Below, in pieces: positions 55,316 through 63,942 of a stretch of DNA of 64,000 nt. The stretch is from Micrococcales bacterium (GTDB lineage Bacteria > Actinomycetota > Actinomycetes > Actinomycetales > Microbacteriaceae), in assembly GCA_046063415.1 (NCBI GenBank), contig JBJTMG010000088.1:2608-66607 (forward strand). The letters are read 5' to 3'. The position numbers and the translations under genes are program-made. Below the pieces are notes generated by a model. It saw only the letters and a list, made by a program, of their open reading frames with translations. It was not told the origin of the DNA and made no database searches. The stretch's first letter is position 1; each line of letters begins with the position of its first letter.

Positions 55316-55861
55316 CTAGAAGTTAACTTGGAGTAATTGGAACGAGGGATACACAGCTACCAGAATGGTCACTGGAAGAATCACAAAGACCAGCGGAATA
55401 AGCATCTTGATTTCATTTTTTCCCGCTTGCCTCAACAGTTGAACCCGCAACTGCCCACGCGCAGACTCTGCAAGATTCTTGAGTTGCTCCGCCAGCGGAG
55501 TTCCACGATCAAGAGACAAAATCAATTTGTTGCTGAATTCCGCGAGGAGCGGCGAGGGCAACTCGCGTGCAAGGAGCGTTAGCGCCACTTCAATGTTTTG
55601 ACCCAAATTCACTCTCGCGATAAGCCGATTTAGGGCCTTGGCAAAATCTCCCGAACTGCGCTCCGCAATCCAGTCAAAAGCCGAATAGATGTTTTCACCA
55701 TTTGTGAGTAAAGCTGCGGCTAGCTCAAGTTGCTGGGGCAGTTCTAGAAGCAATGGATCGAACTTGGTGGACTTTGAACCAATTTTGAACATTGAGAAGG
55801 ATGAGGCAGATGTCTTTGTTGCGGGAAAAAGTCGCTTCTCGAGTTGACTCGCAGGGCTCAT
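55316..55861 (-). CDS. tadC: TadC-like type II secretion F-domain membrane protein
   Basis: ATG at 55861 forms an ATGA overlap with the tadB stop. It is 181 aa with a helical cytoplasmic domain and C-terminal TM segments (IKMLIPLVFVILPVTILVAVY). Confidence 0.7.
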   Translation of the reverse strand: MSPASQLEKRLFPATKTSASSFSMFKIGSKSTKFDPLLLELPQQLELAAALLTNGENIYSAFDWIAERSSGDFAKALNRLIARVNLGQNIEVALTLLARELPSPLLAEFSNKLILSLDRGTPLAEQLKNLAESARGQLRVQLLRQAGKNEIKMLIPLVFVILPVTILVAVYPSFQLLQVNF

Positions 55862-56619
55862 GCAGTATGCACCCTCCTTATGACCGGCAAACCCGACATT
55901 AGGTTCACTGAGAGGTATGCCAACAGGCAAAGACACAGTGCACCGCCAAGCACAAGCAGGCCGCTCGGCGAGTTATAGGCTGCCGCGTTCTCTGGTCTCT
56001 GAGCCAGAAGCGCCACAATTAGCCAAGGGGTCGCCAAAGCTAGCTTGGCCGTGCCGATGACCCAGCCCTGTTTCGCGGATATTTCCTGGCGCAGTGTGGC
56101 GTCTTCTCGGATTCTGTTCGAGAGCGCCTTTAGGTTTTCTGCCAAGGCAACCCCACCACTATGTTGAGACAGAACCAAGTACTCGCAAAATTGATCAACT
56201 TGCGGGCTGCCAAACTCATTTTTGAGCCACCGCATCGTCGATTCCAGCGCTACACCCGAGTCCACAAGGTGTGACACCTGAGCGAAGGACGACCTTACCG
56301 ATTTGGGGCCAACCCGAGCTATATCTAGAAATGCTAGGTTCAGGTCGAGGCCAGATACCACAGCTGAGTGAACCGCTTCGATTACTTCGGGAAAGACTCG
56401 TAAAACTGCTGAATTCCTAGCTCTGGACCTGAGGACTAGAATTTCAAACTGGGCGGCAAGGGCCAAAACACCAGTTGCCAAGCCAAGGCCCAGGACCGAA
56501 AAAACTGCAATGGCGAATAACCCGCAGAAGGTGGCCACGACTGCCATGACCACACCCACGGCCACCGGTCTGAAGTGACCAAAACCCGCGCCGGCCACGA
56601 GGTTCCTGAACCAGCTCAA
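55858..56619 (-). CDS. tadB: TadB-like type II secretion F-domain membrane protein
   Basis: GGAGG lies 6 nt before the TTG at 56619, which overlaps the tadA TGA (TTGA). It is 253 aa. The track ORF's 76-aa N-terminal extension lies inside tadA. Confidence 0.7.
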   Translation of the reverse strand: MSWFRNLVAGAGFGHFRPVAVGVVMAVVATFCGLFAIAVFSVLGLGLATGVLALAAQFEILVLRSRARNSAVLRVFPEVIEAVHSAVVSGLDLNLAFLDIARVGPKSVRSSFAQVSHLVDSGVALESTMRWLKNEFGSPQVDQFCEYLVLSQHSGGVALAENLKALSNRIREDATLRQEISAKQGWVIGTAKLALATPWLIVALLAQRPENAAAYNSPSGLLVLGGALCLCLLAYLSVNLMSGLPVIRRVHTA

Positions 56620-57725
56620 AACAATACCTCCGTGGCTATTGGTGTCCCATTTGGCCCGGCAGAGACGCGTGATATGTTGCTGATGCGTCGGCCCAAACGC
56701 TGATCGTTTGTGCACTGAACCACCAAATGCACAGCTCCCAGGATGGTTGCCTGCACGAACTCGCTCGAAATGTTGGGCCCGGCCAATAGCGGCAGAGTTC
56801 CCAGTTTGGTCAGAGCTGCCTGGGGAGAGTTTGCGTGGATGGTACACATGCCCGCTATGCCCGAGTTCATCCCGATTAGCAGATCCAAAGCTTCGGCTTC
56901 ACGGACCTCACCAATCACCAGACGGCTTGGACGCATTCTTAGGGCTTCCTTCACAAGCCTTCTCAGGGGAATCTCGCCTTCTCCCTCGAGGTTGGGTTGT
57001 CGAGTCTGCATGGCAATCCAGTCAGGGAGGTTGCTCCTAATTTCGAAGGTTTCCTCACAGGAAACTAGTCGCACGTCTGGCTGAAGCTCGTTTAGCAGTG
57101 CGCAAAGCAGAGTTGTCTTGCCCGCGTGAGTTGCCCCAGAAACCAGAATGTTTAGGCCCTGTTTTACAGCATCGGATAGAAATTCAGCGTGCGCGGGCTG
57201 CAGGCTATTGCGATCAACTAAGTCACGCAGGGTCATAATCGTTGTGGGGAACTTGCGGAGGTTGAAGGTCCAGTGTCGAGCCGTGATTTCGGGAATCACC
57301 ACGTGGAGCCTAGAACCATCGGGCAACGCGGCATCGGCAAACGGCAGCGTGCGGTCAATTCTTCGGCCGGAATGCCGCAGCATGCGAAGCAATATGGTCT
57401 TCAAGTCTTGCTGAGACAGTTCCAGTTTGATGCGCTCAACTCTGAGACCAGAAGCGACGAATAGTTCATCTGGACGATTAGACCAGAGTTCCTCAATCTC
57501 TGGGTTGTCCAAATATTCTTGCAGCGGACCGTAGCCTTCAAGAATGGATGTTGCCTGAGCCACCAGGTGGGCTTCATTTTTAGCCAACGGCGATCCTTGA
57601 AGCGAGTGGCTATCAATCACACTCAAGATTGCGTCGCTGGCATTCGATTCTTGGCCTCGGATAACGAGATCTCGCGCCGAGTCAGCTATTGACCTCACGA
57701 TTGACATGTGCCTCCCTTCGAACAT
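56616..57725 (-). CDS. tadA: TadA/CpaF-family secretion ATPase
   Basis: Walker A GATHAGKTTLLCAL, an Asp box and Walker B (..RLVIGEVR) are present, with the size and pattern of CpaF-type ATPases. An alternative ATG at 57707 follows GGGAGG. Confidence 0.85.
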   Translation of the reverse strand: MFEGRHMSIVRSIADSARDLVIRGQESNASDAILSVIDSHSLQGSPLAKNEAHLVAQATSILEGYGPLQEYLDNPEIEELWSNRPDELFVASGLRVERIKLELSQQDLKTILLRMLRHSGRRIDRTLPFADAALPDGSRLHVVIPEITARHWTFNLRKFPTTIMTLRDLVDRNSLQPAHAEFLSDAVKQGLNILVSGATHAGKTTLLCALLNELQPDVRLVSCEETFEIRSNLPDWIAMQTRQPNLEGEGEIPLRRLVKEALRMRPSRLVIGEVREAEALDLLIGMNSGIAGMCTIHANSPQAALTKLGTLPLLAGPNISSEFVQATILGAVHLVVQCTNDQRLGRRISNISRVSAGPNGTPIATEVLF

Positions 57726-57796
57726 TCAAAACTTTGTCATCGGATTCGAAAACTTGGGAAAAGTTATGCACAGAATGGTCTAAACTAATCAAGTCT

Positions 57797-57880
57797 GCGG
57801 GAGTGGTGGAATGGCAGACACGCTGGATTTAGGTTCCAGTGCCGAGAGGCGTGAGGGTTCAAGTCCCTTCTCCCGTACCA
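57797..57880 (+). tRNA. tRNA-Leu (anticodon TAG), CCA encoded
   Basis: The acceptor is GCGGGAG/CTCCCGT (G-U at position 1-72). The anticodon stem CTGGA/TCCAG has the loop TTTAGGT. There is a long variable arm, the T-arm GGGTTCAAGTCCC and a 3' ACCA. Confidence 0.9.
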
Positions 57881-57881
57881 A

Positions 57882-57913
57882 AAAAGGTCCCAGCGTTGCT
57901 GGGACCTTTTACT
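57882..57913. terminator. Bidirectional intrinsic terminator between tRNA-Leu (+) and the S8 peptidase gene (-)
   Basis: AAAAGGTCCCAGC-gtt-GCTGGGACCTTTT, flanked by A- and T-runs. Confidence 0.8.
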
Positions 57914-57929
57914 TTGCGCTCACCGCTTT

Positions 57930-59933
57930 CTACGGTAGGCGTAACACTGCATCGATTGCGGCTGAGGCATTCACTACACCCGCCCCACAAGGCGACTCGG
58001 AGGCTCGCCTAAAACAGTAACTTGACTGTGAATATTGGGTTGAGGTTGTCTTCAAAATGGCCTCTATCTCTGAAGACGAGAGCGTGCTTCGCAGCGAGAG
58101 CATGAGTGCTACTACACCAGCCACCTGCGGTGCTGCGAAACTTGTCCCCTCAACGAGTTGATATGTGGGAAGTCCCTGGTTTTTCAAGCCAGAGTTTGAA
58201 GTCGTCAAAATTCCGAGCGATTGCTCCAGTGCCGGTGTTGCACCACTGGGCTGTTCGCCGCCGGGAGCAGTTAGATCAACAAGAGGACCAAAATCCGAGT
58301 ACTCTGCCAAGTCAAAGTTTCTAGCAACTGCCGCTACATTGATGCTTGCGTTGCAGTTACCTGGGAATGAAAAGTAGGTTGGTCGGGCATCGTTTCCAGC
58401 CGCTGTGATGACTGATACACCGCGTTTTGCGGCTGCAGCAAGTGCCGCTTTAGCGCTCGAATCACAGCCCAAACCCTGCCCGTTTCCAATTGAAATGTTC
58501 AGAATTTTTGCAGGGTTGCGGTTGGTGGGAACTCCCTTAACTTTCTCGCCAATCGCCCAATAAATGCCGGCCACGGTATCACTTATCAGTCCACCTGTTT
58601 CACCCATGGTTCTCACCTGCAACAGCTTCACATTTGGCGCTACGCCCACTATTCCCTGACCGTTTGCTGCTGCTGCTAAAACTCCGCTGACCATGGTGCC
58701 ATGCCACTGGTTTCTAGAAGACGGGTCGGCTGGATTCGAGTCCCAACCGCCGCCATCACCGGAACCAACTTCTTTTGAAACGAAATCGTAGCCGGCAACC
58801 GAACCATCGGGGTTTCTCAGCAACTGATCGTCTAGATCAGGGTGCGAAGTAATTCCGCTGTCGATAACCGCGACGACTATCTTGCTGGAACCTCGAGTAT
58901 GTTCCCACGCTGAATCGGCTTTGATGCCATCGCCACCCAGATACCACTGCTGCGAATAACTGGTATCAGCGGGCACAAATAGCTCCTCCGATAAAGCGGA
59001 ACCGTGCGCGTTGGTTGCCTTTAGCTTGACGGTGTACGAAACGCCAGGTTTCAACCCCTCAAACTGGCAGGTTGATGCTGTAGTCGTGCAACTAACCGGG
59101 TTCTGAGCAAAGGCCAAAGCTGTGGCCGTAAAAGTGACAGGAAGCCCACCAGCTTGCTCCAGACTTGGAACGAACCAGCTGGGTGAGTTATCAACTGTGG
59201 CGATTCGATCACCCTTGAACTGCGGCGGCCCCGGTAACCCGGTTGGAATTTGATAGCTGGTAGCAGAGTATGAACCCACGGTCTTTTTTCCCGCGACTTT
59301 GGCAAGGACTGCAACTCGAACTCCGGTTGCCACTCCATTGGTGATGCCTTCGGTTGGACCCAGCAGCACGGCCGGCGATTTGCTTGTCAAAACCTGGCGA
59401 TAGGACTTTCCAAAGTCGGTGGTGACAAGGACTTGGTACCCAAGAACTTTTTCTGAAGCCTTGGGGGCTGGGGGTTGCCAACTCACTTTCAGGAAGGCCT
59501 TGAGAGGCCTGGTTGGGTCATAGGCATCGATGACCTTGAGCCCACGCACCACGCCAACGCTGGGCTTTTTGGCCGTGAGAGCACCCAGAGTTACAGCATT
59601 TGGCGCGGCCGAAAAACTCTGCAAGCGACGGTCTAGCTCAGCGGTATTTACCAACCCCGATTGACGAACGCGTTGCGCTAAATATCCGGCTTCGGCAGTG
59701 GTTATGTCCTTGGCGAAACGCACTGCGACCCAGTTTGAGCCCAGACTCTTGAGCCGAAACGGAACTTGACCCAGGGCCTTAGAGAGCGAAGTATCAAGTT
59801 CTTGCTCGGTTTGATTGCCAGGGGTTAGTTGCAGGATTAGACCCGGCACAGTTCCCAGTTGGGCCGCTTTCGCCGGGACCTGGCAAACAGCGATACAAGC
59901 AAGAACCAGCAGAATCGAGACAAAGCGCTTCAC
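57930..59933 (-). CDS. Secreted S8-family (subtilisin-like) serine peptidase with an N-terminal ~330-aa region containing Fn3-like modules
   Basis: 667 aa with a signal peptide. The catalytic triad motifs are VAVIDSGI (D), WHGTMVSGV (H) and GTSFAAPQVAG (S). The N-terminal segments LKVSWQPP...GYQV and ..LKPGVSYTVKLKATN look Fn3-like. Confidence 0.85.
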   Translation of the reverse strand: MKRFVSILLVLACIAVCQVPAKAAQLGTVPGLILQLTPGNQTEQELDTSLSKALGQVPFRLKSLGSNWVAVRFAKDITTAEAGYLAQRVRQSGLVNTAELDRRLQSFSAAPNAVTLGALTAKKPSVGVVRGLKVIDAYDPTRPLKAFLKVSWQPPAPKASEKVLGYQVLVTTDFGKSYRQVLTSKSPAVLLGPTEGITNGVATGVRVAVLAKVAGKKTVGSYSATSYQIPTGLPGPPQFKGDRIATVDNSPSWFVPSLEQAGGLPVTFTATALAFAQNPVSCTTTASTCQFEGLKPGVSYTVKLKATNAHGSALSEELFVPADTSYSQQWYLGGDGIKADSAWEHTRGSSKIVVAVIDSGITSHPDLDDQLLRNPDGSVAGYDFVSKEVGSGDGGGWDSNPADPSSRNQWHGTMVSGVLAAAANGQGIVGVAPNVKLLQVRTMGETGGLISDTVAGIYWAIGEKVKGVPTNRNPAKILNISIGNGQGLGCDSSAKAALAAAAKRGVSVITAAGNDARPTYFSFPGNCNASINVAAVARNFDLAEYSDFGPLVDLTAPGGEQPSGATPALEQSLGILTTSNSGLKNQGLPTYQLVEGTSFAAPQVAGVVALMLSLRSTLSSSEIEAILKTTSTQYSQSSYCFRRASESPCGAGVVNASAAIDAVLRLP

Positions 59934-59936
59934 GGG

Positions 59937-60506
59937 TTAGAGGCTCTTTTGAAGTAGAACGGTTCCTAACCAGCGGCCGAACTTGAACCCTACTTTTCCC
60001 AGATGTCCCTGGTGTTTGAATCCGAAGGTTTCGTGCAACTTAATCGAGGCTTCTGCGCCCTTGTCCGAAATGACGGCAACCACTTCTTTTACTCCCGCGG
60101 CCTTTGACTTATAGAGCAACTGGTCTAGCAATTTAGTGCCAATTCTCTTACCAATTGCGGCGGGTCGTAGGTAGATGCTGTCTTCAACGGTTCGCCGATA
60201 GGCAGCTTTCTGGCGCCATGGAGCCACGTACGCAAAACCCAAGATTTGACCGCTTGAACTTGAGGCAACGATAAATGGGAGGCTAAGACCCTGAATGTAT
60301 CGGTACTTCTCCACCCAGTCGGACAGAGTAAGTGGCTCGAGGTCAAAAGTGACCACTGAGTTTTGAATGTAGTAGTTGTAGATCTCGGCAATCTGTGGCA
60401 GATCAGTTTCGATTGCATCCCTGATTTCAACCGTGTTTTGAGTCTCGGCAGGTTGCGCTTTCGCCTTGCGCACCAAGCGCCAACGTGATTCAGAATCCAA
60501 TGCCAA
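59937..60506 (-). CDS. GNAT-family N-acetyltransferase (phosphinothricin/methionine-sulfoximine acetyltransferase-like)
   Basis: 189 aa. IRDAIETDLPQIAEIYNYYI...VTF... and ..RPAAIGKRIGTKLL.. (CoA-binding) resemble PAT-type GNATs. Confidence 0.7.
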   Translation of the reverse strand: MALDSESRWRLVRKAKAQPAETQNTVEIRDAIETDLPQIAEIYNYYIQNSVVTFDLEPLTLSDWVEKYRYIQGLSLPFIVASSSSGQILGFAYVAPWRQKAAYRRTVEDSIYLRPAAIGKRIGTKLLDQLLYKSKAAGVKEVVAVISDKGAEASIKLHETFGFKHQGHLGKVGFKFGRWLGTVLLQKSL

Positions 60507-60516
60507 AGTGGGTCTC

Positions 60517-61212
60517 CTAACTGTTCCAATCTATCGGCTGGGCACCCACCGACAGAAACCAGTTATTTATCTTGCTGAATGGCCTTGAACCAAAGAATCC
60601 CCTGCTAGCAGAAAGCGGGCTTGGATGGGCTGATTTCAGAACCAAAACTTGACGTCTGGAATCGACCTCCAGGGTGGAGCCCAAACCGAGTTCCTTTTCC
60701 AGTTTCTGTGCCTGATTTCCCCAGAGGACCAAAACCAGAGGTTCAGTACCTGCACTGATTGCATGCCTGACAACCTCAAGGGTCACGGCCTGCCAGCCTG
60801 CATCAAAATGGGCAGCCGACTCCCCCGCAACCGTTGTTAGGTGTCGATTCAAGAGGAGTACGCCCTGTTCCTGCCAAGAGGAAAGGTCGGGTGCCGGTTC
60901 GGCAGCGGGCTGTGGTTCGGTATCAAGATCCTCGCGCAGTTCGCGAAGAATGTTCCTCAAGCTGGCCGGGATCTGTGCGTCGCGGTCAACCGCAAACGCC
61001 CTGCCCACGGCCAGACCTTTGCCAGGGTAAGGATCCTGGCCGACAACGATGACCCGAACTCGACTTGGGGGCAGCGCAAATGCTGCCATTACAAGGTTTG
61101 CGGGAGGGGCAAGGTTGGGCTTGGTGGAAAGCTTTAGCTCCAGGTCATCGATGCAGGGTTTCAAATGCACCAGTGCGTCCTGCCACTCTTGATGCATTTG
61201 GCTGAACCACAT
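60517..61212 (-). CDS. ung: Uracil-DNA glycosylase (family 1)
   Basis: 231 aa with the water-activating loop VVGQDPYP and the HPSPLS leucine-loop motif. Confidence 0.9.
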   Translation of the reverse strand: MWFSQMHQEWQDALVHLKPCIDDLELKLSTKPNLAPPANLVMAAFALPPSRVRVIVVGQDPYPGKGLAVGRAFAVDRDAQIPASLRNILRELREDLDTEPQPAAEPAPDLSSWQEQGVLLLNRHLTTVAGESAAHFDAGWQAVTLEVVRHAISAGTEPLVLVLWGNQAQKLEKELGLGSTLEVDSRRQVLVLKSAHPSPLSASRGFFGSRPFSKINNWFLSVGAQPIDWNS

Positions 61213-61294
61213 ATTTCAATGGTAGGTGTGTCAACCATTTGCCAGAAGAAAAACAGCGGCGGGTGACAGAATAAAGTCATCGACTGGAGAAAAA

Positions 61295-62497
61295 ATGAGT
61301 TACGAATTTCTTGCCACTGAAGCCAATGAGCTACTGCCAGAGCTTCAGAAGATCAGGCGCCACCTGCACACCATTCCCGAGTTTGGCATGTCACTGCCGA
61401 ACACACTGGCGTATGTTGCCTCGCAAGTTGAAGGACTCGGGGAACTGACTCTGAACCACGAGCTTTCGGCGGCCGCGCTGCTGATCCACGGTGAGAAACC
61501 AGGACCGACAGTGTTATTGAGAGCAGACATGGACGCGCTGGCTGTCGTTGAAGACACTGGGCTAGATTTTGCGTCAACAAATGGTTTTATGCACGCCTGT
61601 GGCCACGATCTGCACATGGCAATTGGGGTTGGTGCGGCAAAACTGTTACACGCCAACCGCGACAAGATCGCGGGCAAGGTGGTCGTCTGGTTCCAGCCTG
61701 GAGAAGAAGGGCACGGAGGCGCCGATCAGATGCTAGAGGCAAATATGCACCTGGTATCAGGCGAGAAACCGATAAACGCTTACGGCATTCACGTTTTTTC
61801 TAGCGCGCCACTTGGAATATTTACCAGCCGTAAGGGCCCGCTCATGGCATCGGCAGGAGATATCACAGTTGAGTTCAGAGGAGCCGGGGGTCATGGAAGC
61901 ATGCCATGGCTTTCCAAGGATCCAATCAGTGTTATGGCGCAAAGCATTGGTGCAATTCAAAATCTGATTGGCAAGCGCTTTTCGCCTTTTGACCCGGTGA
62001 TTGTGAACGTGGGCTGGGTCCGTGCCGGCGATGATCACACCACCAATGTGATTCCCGAGACAGCATCCTTTGGCGCAACAATTCGCACCTTCTCGGATAA
62101 GAACTTCCACGCGGTACGCGAGGCCTTGGGGCAGCTAGTCACCAGTCACGCAGAGGCGGCAGGGCTAGAAGTGAAGTTTGAGTTTTCGCCCGCGTCTCAA
62201 GTTCTTAACAACGAACCAGCTGCCATCGACCGAGTGGCAAGAGTGGCAGAACAGGCTTTTGGCCCTGGTAGGTACGAAAATCTTCCTGATCCGATTCCCG
62301 GCGGCGAAGATATGGCTTCGATCCTCAATGAAATGCCTGGAGCCTTCATCTTCCTGGGAGCCTGCCCTCCGGACAGAGATTTTGCAAGGGCCGCGACCAA
62401 CCACAGCAACAAGGCCGTCTTTGATGATTCTGTCCTTGGCGATGGAGCAGCTCTTCTTGCAGCCTTGGCACTGGACACCCTACAGAATCCCGCCTAG
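61295..62497 (+). CDS. M20-family amidohydrolase (N-acyl-amino-acid amidohydrolase/hippurate hydrolase type)
   Basis: ATG at 61295 follows GGAGA. It is 400 aa with LRADMDAL, MHACGHDLH and QPGEEG metal-site motifs. Confidence 0.85.
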   Translation: MSYEFLATEANELLPELQKIRRHLHTIPEFGMSLPNTLAYVASQVEGLGELTLNHELSAAALLIHGEKPGPTVLLRADMDALAVVEDTGLDFASTNGFMHACGHDLHMAIGVGAAKLLHANRDKIAGKVVVWFQPGEEGHGGADQMLEANMHLVSGEKPINAYGIHVFSSAPLGIFTSRKGPLMASAGDITVEFRGAGGHGSMPWLSKDPISVMAQSIGAIQNLIGKRFSPFDPVIVNVGWVRAGDDHTTNVIPETASFGATIRTFSDKNFHAVREALGQLVTSHAEAAGLEVKFEFSPASQVLNNEPAAIDRVARVAEQAFGPGRYENLPDPIPGGEDMASILNEMPGAFIFLGACPPDRDFARAATNHSNKAVFDDSVLGDGAALLAALALDTLQNPA

Positions 62498-62617
62498 GTC
62501 TACTCTGCTCCGTCGAATCCGAAAAGTTACGGACTGTTTCGAGACCTGTTTTGCGACAAGTTCGTACGTATCTAAAGTTTGTTAGACAACCATCAATGCG
62601 ACTTTAAGGAACCACCC

Positions 62618-63916
62618 ATGAGCAACGACCCATCTAGCTGGGGATTCGAAACCGCCCAGATTCACGCCGGAGCGAATCCAGATCCTGCAACCAACGCACG
62701 CGCAACGCCTATTTACCAAACCACTGCCTACGTGTTTAACTCGTCGGAGCACGCCAAGAACCTGTTTGGTCTGGCCGAGTTTGGAAACATTTACACCCGC
62801 ATCATGAACCCAACCCAGGATGTCGCCGAGCAGCGCATTGCGGCACTTGAGGGCGGAACCGCCGCTTTGCTTCTGGCATCCGGACAGGCTGCAGAGACCT
62901 TTGCCGTGCTCAACATTGCCCAGGCTGGCGACCACATTGTCTCGTCTTCAACCATTTACGGTGGAACTTACAACCTGTTCAAGTACACCCTGGCAAAGTT
63001 GGGAATCGAGACCACATTCGTTGAGAACCAAGACGACGCAGCTGAATGGGCTGCAGCGGTTCGCCCCAACACCAAACTCTTTTTTGGCGAAACCATCGGA
63101 AACCCAAAGGTCAGCATTTTAGACATTGAAAAGGTAGCGAAAGTCGCCCACGAAGCCGGTGTTCCTCTGATTGTTGATAACACAGTGGCCACCCCGTACC
63201 TCATCAAGCCTCTTGAGCACGGTGCCGACATTGTTGTTCACAGCGCCACCAAGTTCCTTGGCGGGCACGGAACTGTTGTGGCGGGCGCCATCGTTGACGG
63301 CGGCAAGTTTGCCTGGAGCAAATCTGATCGATTCCCTGGGCTAACCACTCCCGATCCTTCGTACCACGGTGTGACCTACACCGATGCTCTTGGAGACGGC
63401 ATTGCCTACATTATTAAGGCTCGCGTGCAGCTGCTACGCGACATTGGTGCCGCTATCTCACCGAACAGCGCCTTCCAGTTGCTTCAGGGCATTGAAACGC
63501 TGAGCCTTCGTGTTCAGCGCCACGTGGATAACGCGCAAAAAGTTGCCGAGTTCCTTTCAAAGCACCCTCAGGTTCTGGGAGTCAACTACGCCGGTCTGCC
63601 AACCTCACCATGGCATGCCGCCGCTCAGAAATACGCCCCAAAGGGTGCCGGAGCGATTGTCTCTTTTGAGATTGCCGGAGGAGTCGAAGCCGGAGCCAAG
63701 TTCGTTGACGGCCTCGACCTGTTCAGCCACGTTGCCAACATTGGAGACGTTCGCTCACTGGTGATTCACCCTGCAAGCACCACCCACTCGCAGCTAACCC
63801 CAGAGCAGCAACTAACTGCGGGTGTGACCCCCGGCTTAGTTCGTCTGTCGGTTGGCCTCGAGACAATCGATGACCTTCTTGCCGACCTAGAAAGCGGATT
63901 CGCCGCTGCCAAGTAG
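62618..63916 (+). CDS. metY: O-acetylhomoserine sulfhydrylase (PLP-dependent, Cys/Met metabolism family)
   Basis: ATG at 62618 follows AAGGAA. It is 432 aa. GFETAQIHAG is present, and HSATKFLGGHG carries the PLP lysine. Confidence 0.9.
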   Translation: MSNDPSSWGFETAQIHAGANPDPATNARATPIYQTTAYVFNSSEHAKNLFGLAEFGNIYTRIMNPTQDVAEQRIAALEGGTAALLLASGQAAETFAVLNIAQAGDHIVSSSTIYGGTYNLFKYTLAKLGIETTFVENQDDAAEWAAAVRPNTKLFFGETIGNPKVSILDIEKVAKVAHEAGVPLIVDNTVATPYLIKPLEHGADIVVHSATKFLGGHGTVVAGAIVDGGKFAWSKSDRFPGLTTPDPSYHGVTYTDALGDGIAYIIKARVQLLRDIGAAISPNSAFQLLQGIETLSLRVQRHVDNAQKVAEFLSKHPQVLGVNYAGLPTSPWHAAAQKYAPKGAGAIVSFEIAGGVEAGAKFVDGLDLFSHVANIGDVRSLVIHPASTTHSQLTPEQQLTAGVTPGLVRLSVGLETIDDLLADLESGFAAAK

Positions 63917-63942
63917 GCAACTAAAACCAGGAAGGTTCCCAA

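Noticed and set aside
55858-56847. 329-aa version of the TadB-like ORF, and 206-aa version of the TadC-like ORF (to 55936)
   Set aside because: The N-terminal extensions run inside the upstream genes (tadA and tadB). Internal starts with an RBS and TTGA/ATGA stop-start coupling (56619, 55861) give normal-sized proteins.
62498-62617. Possible SAM riboswitch (SAM-IV/S-box) upstream of metY
   Set aside because: The 120-nt leader is AT-rich and lacks the conserved GC-rich SAM-IV or S-box core elements that I know. The hairpin near 62497-62550 followed by TGTTTTG looks more like the terminator of the upstream M20 gene.
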